64,000 bases of DNA from Octopus sinensis (lineage: Eukaryota). The translations under genes were made by a program, and so were the position numbers. The notes beneath the pieces are model-generated. The model was not told the origin of the DNA and did not search any database. It saw only the letters and a program-made list of their open reading frames with translations. Positions 62,927-64,000 of the stretch are shown here, one piece after another. How positions within the stretch are numbered: position 1 is the first letter of the stretch; the number at the start of each line of letters is the position of its first letter. The stretch is taken from contig NC_043017.1 in the NCBI RefSeq assembly GCF_006345805.1, positions 8,618,001 to 8,682,000 on the forward strand. The letters run 5' to 3'.

Positions 62927-63083
62927 TACACACACACACGCACACACATACACACACACACATACATGTAAGTATATATGTATGTGTTTACATATATATA
63001 TGTATGTGTATATGTATATATATGCATTTGTATATATTCATATGTATGTGTTTGTATATTATTATTATATTTATACATATATA

Positions 63084-63146
<63 letters not shown>

Positions 63147-63440
63147 TTATATGTATACGTCTATATGTATGCATGTGTATATATATATATACATGTGTGT
63201 GTGTGTATGTATTGGTATATAAATGTAAGTATGTATATATATATCTTTATATATATATATATTTACACAAATCTAAAACTATATTTATATACACACACAT
63301 ACATACATGCATACATATATATACATACATACATACATACATACATACATACATACATACATACATACATACATACATACATACATTCATACATAGATGT
63401 ATATATATTTATATTTGTGAATGTATATATGTATGAAGGT
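62100..63440. repeat. Compound (TA)n/(CA)n/(TACA)n microsatellite field
   Basis: Directly visible; similar fields at 25220-26250, 44150-46720 and 53190-54030. Confidence 0.9.
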
Positions 63441-64000
63441 ATGTATGTATAAGTCTACACACAAATTGTGCTGTTTGTGTGTCCATGTGTCACGATGTTT
63501 TATAGAAAAGCTCTTTCTTAAATTACAATATATTATCTCACAGTATATTATCTTTAAAGAAAACAGAAGGCAGTTTTGGTGCAAGCACTTTCACTGTTTG
63601 CAGCCTTATGCCTTGTGTGTTTGAAAAGCTGAAAACAGAGAAAGCGCTATATATATATGTTATACTACGGACTTATACACAATTTCTATCAACCAAATTC
63701 CCTCACATTCGTTGGTCCAGGTCTATTGTAGAAGTCAATGGCATCTAGGGCCGACCTAAATATGTTAGGTGCCATACTTTGATGACTGCTCGTGTTGGAG
63801 ATGACTCTTAGCGAAAGCGGGCTCGCTTTTCTTAACATTGCAATATCTAACGAAGACTCATATTTGTTAATGTCACGTTCTAGTGTGAGTCCTCATTGCA
63901 TGTGACGTAAATGAAACTCACATTTCTAAAGAGGTTTGAGTATACCAATGCAATTAATTACCTTGCTGACGGGGATGTTATACAAAGGGGGCATCTAGGG

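Overview
AT-rich animal genomic DNA dominated by microsatellites ((CA)n, (TA)n, (TACA)n, (GATA)n, (GGT)n), tRNA-derived SINEs and decayed transposons. The repeat repertoire points to a coleoid cephalopod, most likely Octopus (inference, no database search run). One host gene is clearly recognisable: the first coding exon of an ASB8 (ankyrin repeat and SOCS box 8) homologue on the minus strand (2985-3215). The rest of its CDS was not found, so it probably lies off the left edge. A probable non-coding first exon and CCAAT promoter lie at about 10371-10490. Transposon relics: a Helitron with a frameshifted PIF1-like helicase and intact 3' hairpin/CTAG, a full-length dead mariner, Tc1/maT and Tigger fragments, a hAT MITE with 8-bp TSD, CR1, RTE, R4/Dong-like and Penelope fragments, a solo LTR and five foldback elements. 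Most long ORFs in the supplied track are microsatellite read-through. No CRISPR array, rRNA or genuine tRNA gene was found, and no new biological system can be demonstrated from sequence alone. The best leads are several hammerhead-ribozyme-like motifs, recurrent insertion of one SINE subfamily into related SINEs at fixed positions, a palindrome-built 33-bp array, a perfect 100-bp-arm hairpin in the putative ASB8 intron, and an unassigned candidate exon at 52913-53125. Boundaries of decayed repeats are by-eye approximations.
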